Made by a program: the position numbers and the translations under genes. The notes beneath the pieces are model-generated. The model was not told the origin of the DNA. It ran no database searches and saw nothing but the letters and a program-made list of their open reading frames with translations. A stretch of 32,000 nt of DNA from Ignicoccus hospitalis KIN4/I (GTDB lineage Archaea > Thermoproteota > Thermoprotei_A > Sulfolobales > Ignicoccaceae). The stretch covers positions 210,001-242,000 of the forward strand of contig NC_009776.1 in assembly GCF_000017945.1 (NCBI RefSeq), given 5' to 3'. Position 1 is the first letter of the stretch. Every line of letters starts with the position of its first letter. Positions 1 to 10,199 of this stretch are shown here, piece after piece.

Positions 1-86
1 TGCGCTTGTACTTCCTACCACCAATTCATAAAGCTACACTAGGTAGCTTATTATCCTCCTCCGCTCTCGCCCCGAACCCGGGTAAC

Positions 87-2756
87 ATGCCGCAAAGGTT
101 TCGCCTCGCCCCTCGAGCGGACAAGATCATCAAAGAGATAAAGTTCGGAATACTCTCGCCGGACGAAATAAGGAAGATGGCCGTAGTGGCCGTCGTAACT
201 GACCAAGCTTACGACGAGGCCGGCATGCCCGTGGAAGGGGGCATAATGGACCCCCGTATGGGGGTCACCAGCCCCGGCCAGAGGTGTCCCACTTGTGGTA
301 ACACCCTTCACGACTGCCCCGGCCACTTCGGTTACATAGAGCTAGTGAAACCGGTAATACACTATGAGTTCGTGCCTCACATTTACGACGCCCTCCGCGC
401 CACTTGCAGAGTCTGCGGCAGAGTGAAGCTCTCCGACGAGGAGATAGATAAATTCTTGCGGTTGTATGAGAAGTTGGAAAAGAAGTGGCCTTTACTGGCT
501 AGGAGGGTAACTGCCTTCGTTAGGAAGAAGGCCGCGAAGGTGATGGAGTGCCCCCACTGCGGGGCGAAGCAGTACAAGATCAAGCTGGAGAAGCCCTACA
601 ACTTCATTGAGGAGAGGATGCCCAGGCTCCACTACTTGAACCCGGAGGAGGTGAGGAGCAGGCTGGAAAACATACCCGACAAGGACGCTAAGGTACTCGG
701 CTTCGACCCCAAAGAGGCCAGGCCGGAGTGGGCCGTACTTACCGTATTGCCCGTCCCCCCTGTCACTGTTAGGCCCTCGATTATCCTAGAAACCGGAATG
801 AGGTCGGAGGACGACCTAACACACAAGCTAGCAGACATAGTTAGGACAAACAACAAGTTGAGGGAGAACATCGAAAGCGGCGCTTCGGAGGCAATGATAG
901 AGAACTTGTGGGGCTTGCTCCAGTACCACGTGGCTACGTTCTTCGATAACGAGATCCCCGGCATCCCGCCCGCCAGGCACAGGTCGGGCAAGCCCTTGAG
1001 GACCTTGGCCCAGAGGCTCAAGGGCAAGGAAGGTAGGTTCCGTTCCAACCTCTCCGGTAAGAGGGTCGACTTCTCGGCTAGGACCGTCATCAGCCCCGAC
1101 CCTAACATATCGATAAACGAGGTAGGAGTCCCCATAGAGGTGGCCAAGACCCTCACGGTCCCGGTTAAGGTAACTCCTTGGAATATCGAAGAGATGAGGA
1201 AGTTGGTCATTAACGGCCCGGACAAGTGGCCCGGCGCCAACTACGTCATCATGAAGGACGGGCGCAGGATAGACTTGAGGTACGCCAAGGACCGCAAGAT
1301 AATTGCAGAGAGCTTGCAGCCCGGCTGGACCGTCGAGAGGCACTTGCAAGACGGGGACGTGGTGCTGTTCAACCGGCAGCCGTCCTTGCACAGGATGAGC
1401 ATAATGGCCCACTTAGTTAGGGTGCTGCCGGGCAAGACCTTCCGCCTCTGCCCGCTCGTCTGTCCCCCCTACAACGCCGACTTCGACGGCGACGAGATGA
1501 ACTTGCACGTGCCCCAGAGCGAGGAGGCGAGGGCTGAAGCGCTGGAGCTCATGCTGGTCGAGAAGCACATACTGAGCCCCAGGTACGGCGGCCCGATAAT
1601 CGGGGGCCTCCAAGATTACATCTCCGGCGCCTACTTGCTAACCACAGTCGCGACCTTGTTGGACAGGAGCGACGTGCAAGAGCTCCTAGGGGTTACGGGC
1701 TACGAGGGCGAGCTCCCGGAGCCCGCGATCTTGAGCCCCAAGACGGTGTGGACCGGGAAGCAGTTGTTCTCCGTGTTCTTGCCTAAGGACTTCAACTACT
1801 CCGGAAAGGCGAACATATCCACCGGCGAGCTCAAGTGCGACGACGAGTACTGCTTCTACGACTCCTTCGTGGTCGTCAGGGACGGAGAGCTGGTTGAAGG
1901 GGTGTTGGACAAGAAGTCCATAGGCCACGAGCAGCCTAAGAGCCTAATGCACTGGATAGTCTACGAGTACGGCCCGGAGAAGGGCAGGGAGATATACGAC
2001 AGAGCGTTCAAGATGTTCCTAAGGTTCATAGAGAAGAGGGGCTTCACCACTAGGTACGACGACGTGAGGTTGCCTCCCGAAGCTAAGAAGGAGATAGAGG
2101 AGGTCTTGAAGGAAGCTTACGAAGAAGTGGAGAAACTGATAGAGGACTTTAAGAACGGCTTGTTGGAACCCTTGCCCGGAAGGACTCTGGAGGAGACTTT
2201 GGAGTTAATGATAATGGACGTACTGGCCAAGGCAAGGGACAAGGCCGGCGAGATCGCGGCCAAGTACTTGAGCCCGCTGAACAACGCCGTAATAATGGCA
2301 AAGGCCGGAGCAAGGGGCAACATACTGAACTTGACGCAAATGGCGGCGCTGCTCGGCCAGCAGTCGGTTAGGGGGGAGAGGATCAAGAGGGGCTACCGCA
2401 AGAGGACCTTGCCGCACTTCGAGTGGGGCGACATAAGCCCGGACGCCAGAGGGTTCGTGAAGCACTCGTTCTACGAGGGCCTAACTCCCACCGAGGTGTT
2501 CTTCCACGCCGCCGGAGGTAGGGAGGGGCTGGTGGACACGGCTGTGAGGACGAGCCAGTCCGGCTACATGCAGAGGAGGCTGATAAACGCGTTACAAGAC
2601 TTGAAGGTCGACTACGACGGCACGGTTAAGGACGCTTGGGGCGCGCTTTATCAGAGCGTCTACGGCGACGACGGCGTGGACCCCATGAAGAGTGCCCACG
2701 GGGAGTCGGTCGACGTGAAGCACGTAATTGAAAAGGTCACGAAGGTGAGACTGTGA
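87..2756 (+). CDS. rpoA1: DNA-directed RNA polymerase subunit A' (Rpo1N)
   Basis: Lies in ORF 6..2756. The first in-frame ATG at 87 gives [31 protein letters not shown], a typical archaeal Rpo1N N-terminus. Zinc motifs CPTCG and CPGHFG and the catalytic [10 protein letters not shown] are present. The stop overlaps the next gene's start (GTGA). The upstream 1..86 is too short to confirm the expected rpoB 3' end. Confidence 0.95.
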   Translation: MPQRFRLAPRADKIIKEIKFGILSPDEIRKMAVVAVVTDQAYDEAGMPVEGGIMDPRMGVTSPGQRCPTCGNTLHDCPGHFGYIELVKPVIHYEFVPHIYDALRATCRVCGRVKLSDEEIDKFLRLYEKLEKKWPLLARRVTAFVRKKAAKVMECPHCGAKQYKIKLEKPYNFIEERMPRLHYLNPEEVRSRLENIPDKDAKVLGFDPKEARPEWAVLTVLPVPPVTVRPSIILETGMRSEDDLTHKLADIVRTNNKLRENIESGASEAMIENLWGLLQYHVATFFDNEIPGIPPARHRSGKPLRTLAQRLKGKEGRFRSNLSGKRVDFSARTVISPDPNISINEVGVPIEVAKTLTVPVKVTPWNIEEMRKLVINGPDKWPGANYVIMKDGRRIDLRYAKDRKIIAESLQPGWTVERHLQDGDVVLFNRQPSLHRMSIMAHLVRVLPGKTFRLCPLVCPPYNADFDGDEMNLHVPQSEEARAEALELMLVEKHILSPRYGGPIIGGLQDYISGAYLLTTVATLLDRSDVQELLGVTGYEGELPEPAILSPKTVWTGKQLFSVFLPKDFNYSGKANISTGELKCDDEYCFYDSFVVVRDGELVEGVLDKKSIGHEQPKSLMHWIVYEYGPEKGREIYDRAFKMFLRFIEKRGFTTRYDDVRLPPEAKKEIEEVLKEAYEEVEKLIEDFKNGLLEPLPGRTLEETLELMIMDVLAKARDKAGEIAAKYLSPLNNAVIMAKAGARGNILNLTQMAALLGQQSVRGERIKRGYRKRTLPHFEWGDISPDARGFVKHSFYEGLTPTEVFFHAAGGREGLVDTAVRTSQSGYMQRRLINALQDLKVDYDGTVKDAWGALYQSVYGDDGVDPMKSAHGESVDVKHVIEKVTKVRL

Positions 2757-4021
2757 GCGGGGCGGCCGAGAAGCTGGAGTACGCGTTCAAGCTGATAGAC
2801 GAGTGGGAGAGGAAGCTTTACGAGGAGTACAACATAAGGTCGAAGCCGAAGTTCATCGAAGAGCTGAGGAGGAACATCGAGAAGCTGATAGACGTAAAGC
2901 CGGAGGTCAGCGAGGAAGAGCTGAAGAAGGTAGTGGACCTGACGTTCAGGTACTTCCTGAGGGCGCAGGTCGAGCCCGGAGAGGCCGTGGGCACGGTGGC
3001 TGCCCAGTCCATAGGCGAGCCCTCCACGCAGATGACACTGAGGACCTTCCACTATGCGGGCGTAAAGGAGCTAAACGTAACCTTGGGCCTTCCTAGGCTA
3101 ATAGAGATAGTTGACGCGAGGCGCACCCCCAGCACCCCCACTATGACCGTCTACTTGGACGAGGAACACAGACACGACAAAGAGAAAGCTCTCGAAGTGG
3201 CTAGAAAGATAGAGATGACGAAGGTCGAAAACGTGGCGTCGAGCGTAGAGATAGATTGGTTCGAGACCACCATAATTGTTCGGCTCGACCCAGAGATGAT
3301 GGAGGATAAAGGAATAACGAGGGACGACGTGATCAAGGCAATAAACAGGTTGAGGATAAAGGGAAGGGCGGAGCCGGACCCCGACGACGAATACGCCGTG
3401 CTCGTGAGGCTGGACCCGGAGGCTTACACCTCCATAGGCGAGCTGCAGAAGGTAAGGGATAAGGTTCTGTCCGCTAAGATTAAGGGCATTAAAGGGATAA
3501 ACAGAGTAATCGTTCAACAGAGGGAGGATGAGTACGTCTTAGTTACCGACGGCTCTAACTTGGCCCAAGTGTTAGAGGTAGAAGGCGTGGACCCCACTCG
3601 GACGGTGAGCGACAGCATCAAGGAGATAGAAGAAGTGTTAGGTATAGAAGCCGCTAGGCAAGCAATAATAAATGAGATATTGGACGTCTTGGAGAACCAA
3701 GGTTTGGACGTGGATAGGAGGCACATAATGTTGTTAGCCGACGCGATGACTTGGAGCGGCGAGGTCAGGCAGGTGGGGAGGCACGGGATAGCCGGTACCA
3801 AGCCCAGCGTGCTCGCCAGGGCGGCCTTCGAGGTCACTGTTAAGCAGCTCGTGGACGCGGCGGTGGAAGGGGAGGTGGACGAGCTGAAGGGAGTCACTGA
3901 GAACATAATAATCGGCCAGCCGATACCGTTGGGCACCGGGATGGTGCTCTTGGCTATGAATCCGCAAGAGTTCGTGAGGAGAGTTAAAAAGAGCAGTGAA
4001 GAGCGCCAAGGGGGTGAATGA
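2753..4021 (+). CDS. rpoA2: DNA-directed RNA polymerase subunit A'' (Rpo1C)
   Basis: 422-aa ORF carrying [29 protein letters not shown], the conserved largest-subunit C-terminal region. GTG start overlaps the A' stop. Position directly after rpoA1 matches the archaeal split-subunit arrangement. Confidence 0.95.
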   Translation: MSGAAEKLEYAFKLIDEWERKLYEEYNIRSKPKFIEELRRNIEKLIDVKPEVSEEELKKVVDLTFRYFLRAQVEPGEAVGTVAAQSIGEPSTQMTLRTFHYAGVKELNVTLGLPRLIEIVDARRTPSTPTMTVYLDEEHRHDKEKALEVARKIEMTKVENVASSVEIDWFETTIIVRLDPEMMEDKGITRDDVIKAINRLRIKGRAEPDPDDEYAVLVRLDPEAYTSIGELQKVRDKVLSAKIKGIKGINRVIVQQREDEYVLVTDGSNLAQVLEVEGVDPTRTVSDSIKEIEEVLGIEAARQAIINEILDVLENQGLDVDRRHIMLLADAMTWSGEVRQVGRHGIAGTKPSVLARAAFEVTVKQLVDAAVEGEVDELKGVTENIIIGQPIPLGTGMVLLAMNPQEFVRRVKKSSEERQGGE

Positions 4022-4341
4022 CCGTGACCGCGATAGAGGCCGAGTTGAAGACTGCCTTGAGAACGGGAAAAGTGGTCTTGGGCGCTAAACAAACCATAAA
4101 GTTGTTGAAGACCGGGAAGGCCAAGGCGGCCATAGTCTCGGCCGGGGCTCCTCCGATAGTGAGGAGGGACGTGCTGTACTACGCCAAGCTCAGCAACATA
4201 CCGGTGTACGTGTACCCCGGGACCAGCAAGGAGCTGGGCACGCTGTGCGCCAAGCCCTTCGTCGTGAGCGCCCTCGCGGTAGTAGACGAGGGCGACTCTA
4301 AAATAGTGGACGCAATAAAAGCCGAGAGCAGGGTTGAGTGA
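4018..4341 (+). CDS. rpl30e: 50S ribosomal protein L30e (eL30)
   Basis: 107 aa with [33 protein letters not shown]...[21 protein letters not shown], typical of the L30e/L7Ae fold family. ATGA overlap with the rpoA2 stop. Canonical position between rpoA2 and nusA. Confidence 0.93.
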   Translation: MTVTAIEAELKTALRTGKVVLGAKQTIKLLKTGKAKAAIVSAGAPPIVRRDVLYYAKLSNIPVYVYPGTSKELGTLCAKPFVVSALAVVDEGDSKIVDAIKAESRVE

Positions 4342-4342
4342 A

Positions 4343-4774
4343 ATGCCGGATATAGTCCTCACCCCGGAAGAGTTTAGGTACATGCAGACCTTCGCTACGC
4401 TGACCGGAGTGACGCCCGTCGACTGCATAGTGGACCCGACCTTTGATAGAATAATCTTCCTAGTGAAGCCGGAGGACGTGGGAAGGGCGATAGGCAAGAG
4501 GGGCTTTATGGTTAGAAAGTTGAAGGAAATATTGAAGAAGCAGATAGAGATAGTCCCCTACAGCGACAACATTGAAGAGATGGTAAAGAACGCCTTGGCC
4601 CCGGCTAGGGTGATTGGAGTCAGGGTGAGCAAGACTCCAAAGGGGAAGGTCGTGTACGCCAGAGTGAACCCCAAGGATAAGGGAGTGGCCATAGGTAAGG
4701 AGGGCCGAAACGTCGCCAAGGCCCGTTTAATCCTTAAAAGACACTTCGATGTGGACTCGCTCGTGGTGGTCTGA
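4343..4774 (+). CDS. nusA: Archaeal NusA-like transcription termination/antitermination factor (two KH domains)
   Basis: GKRGFMVRKLKEIL and GKEGRNVAKARLIL are two KH-type GxxG motifs. I prefer the ATG at 4343, 2 nt after the L30e stop. The ORF track begins at the in-frame TTG at 4334. Confidence 0.9.
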   Translation: MPDIVLTPEEFRYMQTFATLTGVTPVDCIVDPTFDRIIFLVKPEDVGRAIGKRGFMVRKLKEILKKQIEIVPYSDNIEEMVKNALAPARVIGVRVSKTPKGKVVYARVNPKDKGVAIGKEGRNVAKARLILKRHFDVDSLVVV

Positions 4775-4788
4775 GGGGGTGAGGTGCG

Positions 4789-5232
4789 ATGCCCGGTAAG
4801 AAAGCTCCCAACGGACTGTTCGCGGCTAGGAAGCTGGAGAGGAAGAGGCTCAAGTTCAGGTGGAGCCAGAGGGAGTTCAAGAGGAGGATGTTGAAGCTCA
4901 AGGAGAAGTACGACCCACTGGAAGGGGCTCCAATGGCACGCGGGATAGTCCTCGAGAAGGTAGGCGTGGAGGCGCGTAAGCCTAACTCCGCAGTGAGGAA
5001 GTGCGTGAGGGTGCAATTGGTTAAGAACGGGAAGGTAGTAACGGCCTTCGTGCCCGGGGACGGCGGCCTCAACGTGATATCCGAACACGACGAGGTGGTG
5101 ATAGTCGGCATAGGAGGGCCCAGAGGGAGGTCGATGGGTGACATCCCGGGAGTTAGGTACAAAGTCGTGCTGGTGAACGGGGTATCCTTGGACGCCATCC
5201 TGAAGGGTAAAAAACAGAAGCCCGTGAGGTAA
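4789..5232 (+). CDS. rps12: 30S ribosomal protein S12 (uS12)
   Basis: 147 aa. [30 protein letters not shown] and GVRYKVV are hallmark uS12 segments. A GGTGAGGTG Shine-Dalgarno-like sequence lies just upstream of the ATG. Confidence 0.96.
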   Translation: MPGKKAPNGLFAARKLERKRLKFRWSQREFKRRMLKLKEKYDPLEGAPMARGIVLEKVGVEARKPNSAVRKCVRVQLVKNGKVVTAFVPGDGGLNVISEHDEVVIVGIGGPRGRSMGDIPGVRYKVVLVNGVSLDAILKGKKQKPVR

Positions 5233-5235
5233 GGT

Positions 5236-5745
5236 TCAGTCCTCGTAGTCCCCGACTTCCCCGTACTCCCTCTCCAAGAGTTTTTCGTCAACGTATATGG
5301 GCTTGTCGGTTATCAAGGCCAAATATATGGCGTGGCTGGGTATCATGGGTATCGAGAGCTTCACCGAACCCAAGTTCAAGAACAGCTTGGCGGTGTAAAG
5401 GCCGCTGTCCTCGTCGAGTTCGTCTATTACGACCTTCTCTATAACGCTCTTAAAATTCTCTATCACGCTCTCGAAGTACGGCAATATGTCGAAGAGGGAG
5501 TTCCTCGCGTTCCGGGGGACCTCCCCGAAACCCTCCTTCAAGTTCTTGATAGCGTACACTATCTCTATGGGGATGTAGTACAAGCGGAAGGTCCTAGAGT
5601 CTTCAAGCTTACAAATCATGACGGTGATAGGCGTTAGGTGGGCGTTTTGGTATATTTCTTCTATCCTCGCGTCTACGTCGACGACCCTAACCAGCCTGCC
5701 CTCCAAGGCGCTCGCTCCCTCCGTCTGCCTCGGTTTTGGGATCAA
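5236..5745 (-). CDS. Bifunctional-nuclease (BFN / DUF151) domain protein
   Basis: 169-aa ORF on the opposite strand, between rps12 and rps7. The layout is VRVVDVD...[30 protein letters not shown]...[21 protein letters not shown]...[26 protein letters not shown]. From memory, this matches the DUF151 pattern (beta strands, a P..HDL-like segment, the RPSDAI-like motif IPSHAI, then PIYV). The start is ambiguous: TTG at 5745, or TTG at 5706, which has a GGAGGGAG sequence upstream. Confidence 0.65.
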   Translation of the reverse strand: MIPKPRQTEGASALEGRLVRVVDVDARIEEIYQNAHLTPITVMICKLEDSRTFRLYYIPIEIVYAIKNLKEGFGEVPRNARNSLFDILPYFESVIENFKSVIEKVVIDELDEDSGLYTAKLFLNLGSVKLSIPMIPSHAIYLALITDKPIYVDEKLLEREYGEVGDYED

Positions 5746-5748
5746 AGC

Positions 5749-5756
5749 CTTAAAAC
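5749..5756. promoter_or_regulatory. TATA-like box (CTTAAAAC) in the 45-bp divergent spacer between the BFN gene and rps7
   Basis: This is the only A/T-rich octamer in 5746..5790. It lies about 38 nt upstream of the rps7 ATG at 5791. Read on the minus strand (GTTTTAAG), it lies about 46 nt upstream of the alternative BFN start at 5706. Confidence 0.3.
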
Positions 5757-5790
5757 GTGGGAGCGCAAAGCGCTAGCGGGTCACGAAGGC

Positions 5791-6378
5791 ATGGAGAGGG
5801 AAACTATAAGTCCCTTGGAGCCCAAGTTGTTCGGCAAGTGGGACTACGACGGCGTGGAGATAAGGGACCCTAGCCTTAAGAAGTACATATGCTTGAAGCC
5901 CGTGTGGACCCCGTACACCGCCGGTAGACACGAGAAGAGGAGGTTCGGGAAGGCCGAGGTCCCCATAGTGGAGAGGTTGATAAACAAGCTCATGAGGCCT
6001 GGAAGGAACATGGGCAAGAAGGCCAAGCTCTACAGCGTGGTGGAGAGGGCCTTCGACTTGATATACTTGATGACCGGGCAGAACCCCCTGCAAGTGCTCG
6101 TGAGGGCCATTGAAAACTCCGCCCCTAGGGAAGAGACCACCAGGATAATGTACGGCGGTATAGTCTACCACGTGGCTGTGGACGTAAGCCCCCAGAGGAG
6201 GGTAGACCTAGCTCTGAGGTTCCTAACCGAAGGCGCCAGGATGAAGGCGTTCAAGAGTCAGAAGCCCTTGGAGGAGACTCTCGCGGAAGAGATAGTGGCC
6301 GCGGCTAACGACGACCCCAAGAGCTACGCTATACAAAAGAAGGAGGAAATCGAGAGGATAGCGCTCTCCTCGCGCTAA
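5791..6378 (+). CDS. rps7: 30S ribosomal protein S7 (uS7)
   Basis: Lies in ORF 5638..6378. The internal ATG at 5791 gives [33 protein letters not shown], a typical archaeal uS7 start. The sequence continues through [22 protein letters not shown] and a C-terminal [13 protein letters not shown]. Confidence 0.94.
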   Translation: MERETISPLEPKLFGKWDYDGVEIRDPSLKKYICLKPVWTPYTAGRHEKRRFGKAEVPIVERLINKLMRPGRNMGKKAKLYSVVERAFDLIYLMTGQNPLQVLVRAIENSAPREETTRIMYGGIVYHVAVDVSPQRRVDLALRFLTEGARMKAFKSQKPLEETLAEEIVAAANDDPKSYAIQKKEEIERIALSSR

Positions 6379-6380
6379 CC

Positions 6381-6402
6381 TTCATTCCTTTTTCCTTTCT
6401 TC
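6381..6402 (+). terminator. Pyrimidine/T-rich tract (TTCATTCCTTTTTCCTTTCTTC) after the rps7 stop
   Basis: Archaeal terminators are oligo-T tracts. This is the only such tract between the rps7 stop (6378) and the cdc6 promoter. Confidence 0.35.
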
Positions 6403-6403
6403 G

Positions 6404-6412
6404 GCTATTTAT
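6404..6412 (+). promoter_or_regulatory. TATA box candidate (GCTATTTAT) for orc1/cdc6
   Basis: A/T-rich element about 35-40 nt upstream of the GTG start at 6447. This is consistent with a short-leader transcript. Confidence 0.4.
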
Positions 6413-6446
6413 CCCGGGCCGGCGCCTACACTGTGACGGGTGACCA

Positions 6447-7658
6447 GTGCTGACCGCGGACCTCGACGACATACTCGACGACGTCTTCGAACGGGTGACC
6501 AGCTCGAGGATATTCAAGAACAGGGACGTGCTGCTGCCGGATTACTTGCCTAACAAGCTTCCCCATAGAGAAGAACAAATAAGGAAGGTGGCCAGCGTCC
6601 TAGCCCAAGCCCTCAAGGGCTACAAGCCGAACAACTTGTTCATATATGGCCTCACGGGCACCGGTAAGACAGCGGTCGTAAAGCTGGTAGTCAAGAAGTT
6701 AAGTGAGAAAGCCGTCGAGAAGGGAGTTAAATTGAAAATAACCTTCATCAACACCAAGAGGGACGATACCCCGTATAGGGTGCTAGCGAGGATGCTGGAG
6801 GACATAGGGATAAGGGTACCCCCGACGGGAGTGGCGACGGCGGAGCTCTACTCGAGGTTCAAGAAGTTCCTGGACAAGAAGGGAACTTTGATGATACTCG
6901 TGTTAGACGAGATAGACTATCACGTAAAGAAGTACGGCGACGACTTGCTCTACAAGCTGACCAGGATAAACGAGGAGCTCCAAAGGTCCAAGGTATCCTT
7001 GGTTGGAATAACGAACGACGTCAACTTCACCAGCTGGCTCGACCCTAGGGTAAAGTCCTCCTTGGGCGAGGAGGAGCTCGTGTTCCCCCCGTACACGGCC
7101 GAGCAGCTGAGGGACATATTGAAGGACAGGGCGGAGATGGCGTTCGTAGAGGGGGTGCTGGGGGAGGGAGTGATAGAGCTCTGCGCGGCCTTGGCTGCTA
7201 GGGAAAACGGGGACGCTAGGAAGGCCCTCGACTTGTTGAGGATATCCGGCGAAATAGCCGAGAGGAGCGGCTCCTCGAAGGTTACCGTAGAGCACGTCAG
7301 GAGGGCTTGGGAGCAGATGGAGAAGGACAGGGTGGTGGAGATAGTGAAGAGCTTGCCCTTACACAGCAAGTTGATACTGTATTCCATACTCCTCTTGACG
7401 AAGGGCGGGAAGACCACCTACACCGGCGAGGTGTACCGCAAGTACAAGGAGCTGACCGCGGAGCTCGGGATAGAGACCCTAACGCTTAGGAGGGTCGGCG
7501 ACTTGATTTCGGAGTTAGACATGTTGGGGCTCATCTCCACCGAGGTGGTGAGCAGGGGGAGGAGGGGGCTCACTCGAGTGATCAGCTTGGAGAGCGACCC
7601 AGAGGCTATAAGAAAGGGGCTGCTCGTGGACCCCACGGTGGCCGAGGTCGCCGGTTAG
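6447..7658 (+). CDS. cdc6: Orc1/Cdc6 replication initiator (AAA+ domain plus winged helix)
   Basis: 403 aa. The N-terminal LPDYLPNKLPHREEQI matches the Orc1/Cdc6 signature. Walker A is GLTGTGKT and Walker B is LVLDEID. ARENGDARKALDLLR is the sensor-2/ISM region. The C-terminal winged-helix-like tail contains LRRVGDLISELDMLGLI. Confidence 0.93.
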   Translation: MLTADLDDILDDVFERVTSSRIFKNRDVLLPDYLPNKLPHREEQIRKVASVLAQALKGYKPNNLFIYGLTGTGKTAVVKLVVKKLSEKAVEKGVKLKITFINTKRDDTPYRVLARMLEDIGIRVPPTGVATAELYSRFKKFLDKKGTLMILVLDEIDYHVKKYGDDLLYKLTRINEELQRSKVSLVGITNDVNFTSWLDPRVKSSLGEEELVFPPYTAEQLRDILKDRAEMAFVEGVLGEGVIELCAALAARENGDARKALDLLRISGEIAERSGSSKVTVEHVRRAWEQMEKDRVVEIVKSLPLHSKLILYSILLLTKGGKTTYTGEVYRKYKELTAELGIETLTLRRVGDLISELDMLGLISTEVVSRGRRGLTRVISLESDPEAIRKGLLVDPTVAEVAG

Positions 7659-7725
7659 CTTTGACGACGGTCGCCCCTCCGCGGCGTGTCCGGTCGTAGC
7701 CCTCCAGACCGCCCTCTGGCCCCCC

Positions 7726-8178
7726 GTGGTCGTAAGGCTCCAAGCGCACGCGTTCAAGAAGGACCCCGGCGACGTGACTGGGGCCTTCTTGCCTTTGGCC
7801 GAGGGCGACGTCGTGATAATAGATAGCATAACCATCTGTGGCTTGGGCTACGTGGACCCCTCGAAGTTCGAAAGGGCAGTGGTGGTGAGTAAGTTCGTAC
7901 CCCGCGTGACCAAGGCTGTGCCGGTAGCCAGGAGGCTCTACGGCGACGACCGCTTTCGGGAGGTAGCGGAGGAGTACCTAAGGAGGGTGAAGTGCTTCAA
8001 GAGGGGGCCCCACAAGCTCTGCGTCGCGCCTTACGGGATGGACTACCAAGAGGCATTGAAAATAATTGAAGAGAGGAGCGTTAGGAGGGGGCTGCCGGAA
8101 GAGGTGATACTAGCACACGAGCTGGCCTCGGCGGCGGGGCTCTGGCTCACGCGAGCCCCTTCTCCACTAGGAAGTTAG
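7726..8178 (+). CDS. Hypothetical protein (150 aa)
   Basis: Same-strand ORF 67 nt after cdc6 with a GTG start. Its composition resembles neighbouring genes. I recognise no family. The 3' end overlaps the convergent prs gene by 32 nt. Confidence 0.4.
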   Translation: MVVRLQAHAFKKDPGDVTGAFLPLAEGDVVIIDSITICGLGYVDPSKFERAVVVSKFVPRVTKAVPVARRLYGDDRFREVAEEYLRRVKCFKRGPHKLCVAPYGMDYQEALKIIEERSVRRGLPEEVILAHELASAAGLWLTRAPSPLGS

Positions 8179-9043
8179 ATAGGTACTCACTCACGTCTAT
8201 TACCTTAGTTATCGTCGGATAGTCCCTAGCTAGGGTATTAGCCGTTATGACCCTCTCCACTCCGGCCTCCCGGAGCTTGTTCTCCGCGTCGCCCACCATG
8301 AGCGCGTGCGCGACCAGCGCTAGGACCCTCTTGGCCCCGGCCGCCTTGAGCTGCTTCGCCGCCAAGGCCAGCGTTGAGCCAGTGGACACCATGTCGTCTA
8401 CTATTATTACGGTCTTGCCCTCCGCGCTTATCTCCTTAGGCCTTATGGTCACTTCGCCCGTCACTCTGTCCCTCCTCTTCTCCAAGTAGTCCCAAGGCGC
8501 CTTTAGAACGGACGCGACGCTCTTCGCCCTAGCAGTGGCGCCCCGGTCCGGGGCGAGCACCAAGGGGTCCTCGACCTCGTCTTTTATCTTTTCGGCTAAG
8601 TAAGGTAAGACGCTGACGTTGAACGCTCCCCCTCCGAACTCGCTCAAGGAGTACTCTTTGTGTATGTCCACTACTACCAAGTAGTCCAAGTCTAGGTTAG
8701 AAAGCGTCTTGAGCAAGGTCTTTATCGAGACGGGCTCCCCCTCCCTGAACCTCCTGTCTTGCCTTGCGTAGGGCATGTAGGGCATGAGCAAGGTCACGCT
8801 CTCGGCGCCTAGGTCCTTGAGGGTATCTATGGTGAGCAAGACTTCTATTACCCTATCGTTTTGGTCGGGGAAGCCGGTGTGTACGACCAGTACGTCCTCG
8901 CCCGAGACGGGTATGGGTATGCGCACGTAGCTCTCCCCGTCCGGGAACTTCTTCCTCTCTATGAAGTGGGCCTCGGCGTTCAAGGAAGCCACCAAGCCGT
9001 CGCACAGCCCCTTGGGCGGGGTCAAGCATAGCACCTTACCCAC
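8147..9043 (-). CDS. prs: Ribose-phosphate pyrophosphokinase (PRPP synthetase)
   Basis: 298 aa. PYMPYARQDRRF is the PRPP synthetase signature, and VIIVDDMVSTGSTL is the PRPP-binding loop. Confidence 0.93.
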   Translation of the reverse strand: MGKVLCLTPPKGLCDGLVASLNAEAHFIERKKFPDGESYVRIPIPVSGEDVLVVHTGFPDQNDRVIEVLLTIDTLKDLGAESVTLLMPYMPYARQDRRFREGEPVSIKTLLKTLSNLDLDYLVVVDIHKEYSLSEFGGGAFNVSVLPYLAEKIKDEVEDPLVLAPDRGATARAKSVASVLKAPWDYLEKRRDRVTGEVTIRPKEISAEGKTVIIVDDMVSTGSTLALAAKQLKAAGAKRVLALVAHALMVGDAENKLREAGVERVITANTLARDYPTITKVIDVSEYLSNFLVEKGLA

Positions 9044-9076
9044 TGCCTTCTCCCGGTTCCGGGGACGAGGGGGAGC

Positions 9077-10117
9077 CTATAGAGAAATGGGGAAGCGCAG
9101 CAAACACACCACGTCGCCGAAGGGCCTCAGCCTCTCCCAAGCCTCGGTCCCCTTGGGCACTATTATCACTTCCGCGCCCTTCTTCTCCGCGAGCTCCACC
9201 AACTCCACCGCCCTCTCCCCTAAGTCGGGGGAGTGCAAGAGGTCGTCCGATATTATGAGGGTTTTAACCGCGTTCGCTTGGGCGGCGGTCATACAGTCGT
9301 CGACCCCGTAGAGCGCGTACCCGTCGCCCCGGGCGACGTGTTTCACGAACTCCTCGAGGGCCTCGAGAGCTTTGATGCTCTCCAGCTCCTTCGCGACCCC
9401 CCTCAAGGAGCCCTTCCTTATCGCCTCTAAGACGCCCGCCCTCCCCCCGGAGGAGGCGCTGTCCACCTTAACCTTGAAGCCTTCCTCGGACAAGCGTTGG
9501 GCGACCTTGTCCTTAAGGAACCCGGGGCCCACCACTACCACGTGGTCGAGGTTTCTTAACTTCAGCTCCTCAGAAACCCTCTTCGCCAGCTCGTTTATCT
9601 TCCTCTCGGTCGCCGCCTCGCGGCCCTCGTCCCCCTTCCCCGGGAGCCTGAGGGAGCCCTCGAAGACCCACTCTATTCCTTGTCCCCTGACCACCGCTAA
9701 GGAGTACTCGTCGTAGTCCACAGCGAGGACCGGGACTTGGGGCTTCCTCTCCTCCCCCTTCTTGAGCCTCTCCAAGAGCTGCGCGAGGCCCCTCTCCCTA
9801 ATTATGGTTATCTCCTTCCCCGGGTAGACCTTTATCGCGTGGTGCGAGCCTATTAAGCCGAACTTGTCCGGCCCCTCTACGACTACCCCCTTGACCCTCA
9901 ATACGTTGCTGAACGCTTGGAACTCCGAGCCCGTGACCTTAATGGTCAACGTCATGGGTATCTTTTCCTTGCCGGAGCTCCCCGCCACGCTCCTGGCGGT
10001 CCTCGCCCGGACCAAGTCCCCGGGCCTCAAGGCGCTGTGTAAGATCCACACGTCCTCCTCGTCTTCCACCCTTACCTTGACTTCCCCCTTAGACTCGTTG
10101 ACCTCTAAGACTCGCAC
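9077..10117 (-). CDS. pelA: Pelota / Dom34 mRNA surveillance factor
   Basis: 346 aa with an eRF1-like three-domain layout. The N-terminus is MRVLEVNESKGEVKVRVEDEEDVWILHSALRPGDLV. The central and C-terminal domains include VVVGPGFLKD and TLIISDDLL. Confidence 0.9.
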   Translation of the reverse strand: MRVLEVNESKGEVKVRVEDEEDVWILHSALRPGDLVRARTARSVAGSSGKEKIPMTLTIKVTGSEFQAFSNVLRVKGVVVEGPDKFGLIGSHHAIKVYPGKEITIIRERGLAQLLERLKKGEERKPQVPVLAVDYDEYSLAVVRGQGIEWVFEGSLRLPGKGDEGREAATERKINELAKRVSEELKLRNLDHVVVVGPGFLKDKVAQRLSEEGFKVKVDSASSGGRAGVLEAIRKGSLRGVAKELESIKALEALEEFVKHVARGDGYALYGVDDCMTAAQANAVKTLIISDDLLHSPDLGERAVELVELAEKKGAEVIIVPKGTEAWERLRPFGDVVCLLRFPISL

Positions 10118-10199
10118 TTTGGACCCCGGAGGGCCTTCCGGGAAGAGTTAATTCGTTGGGACGCGGCGCTCGAGGAATGTAAGCCGTGAGAGGCTTTGG

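Noticed and set aside
1-86. 3' end of the upstream gene (expected rpoB)
   Set aside because: Two frames end in stop codons at 29..31 and 40..42, but 10-13 residues are too few to recognise rpoB. Not annotated.
3514-4497. 327-aa minus-strand ORF spanning rpoA2, rpl30e and nusA
   Set aside because: It is antisense to three confidently identified genes. It has a low-complexity, Ser/Thr/Leu-rich translation with no motifs. Long antisense ORFs are expected by chance in GC-rich coding DNA.
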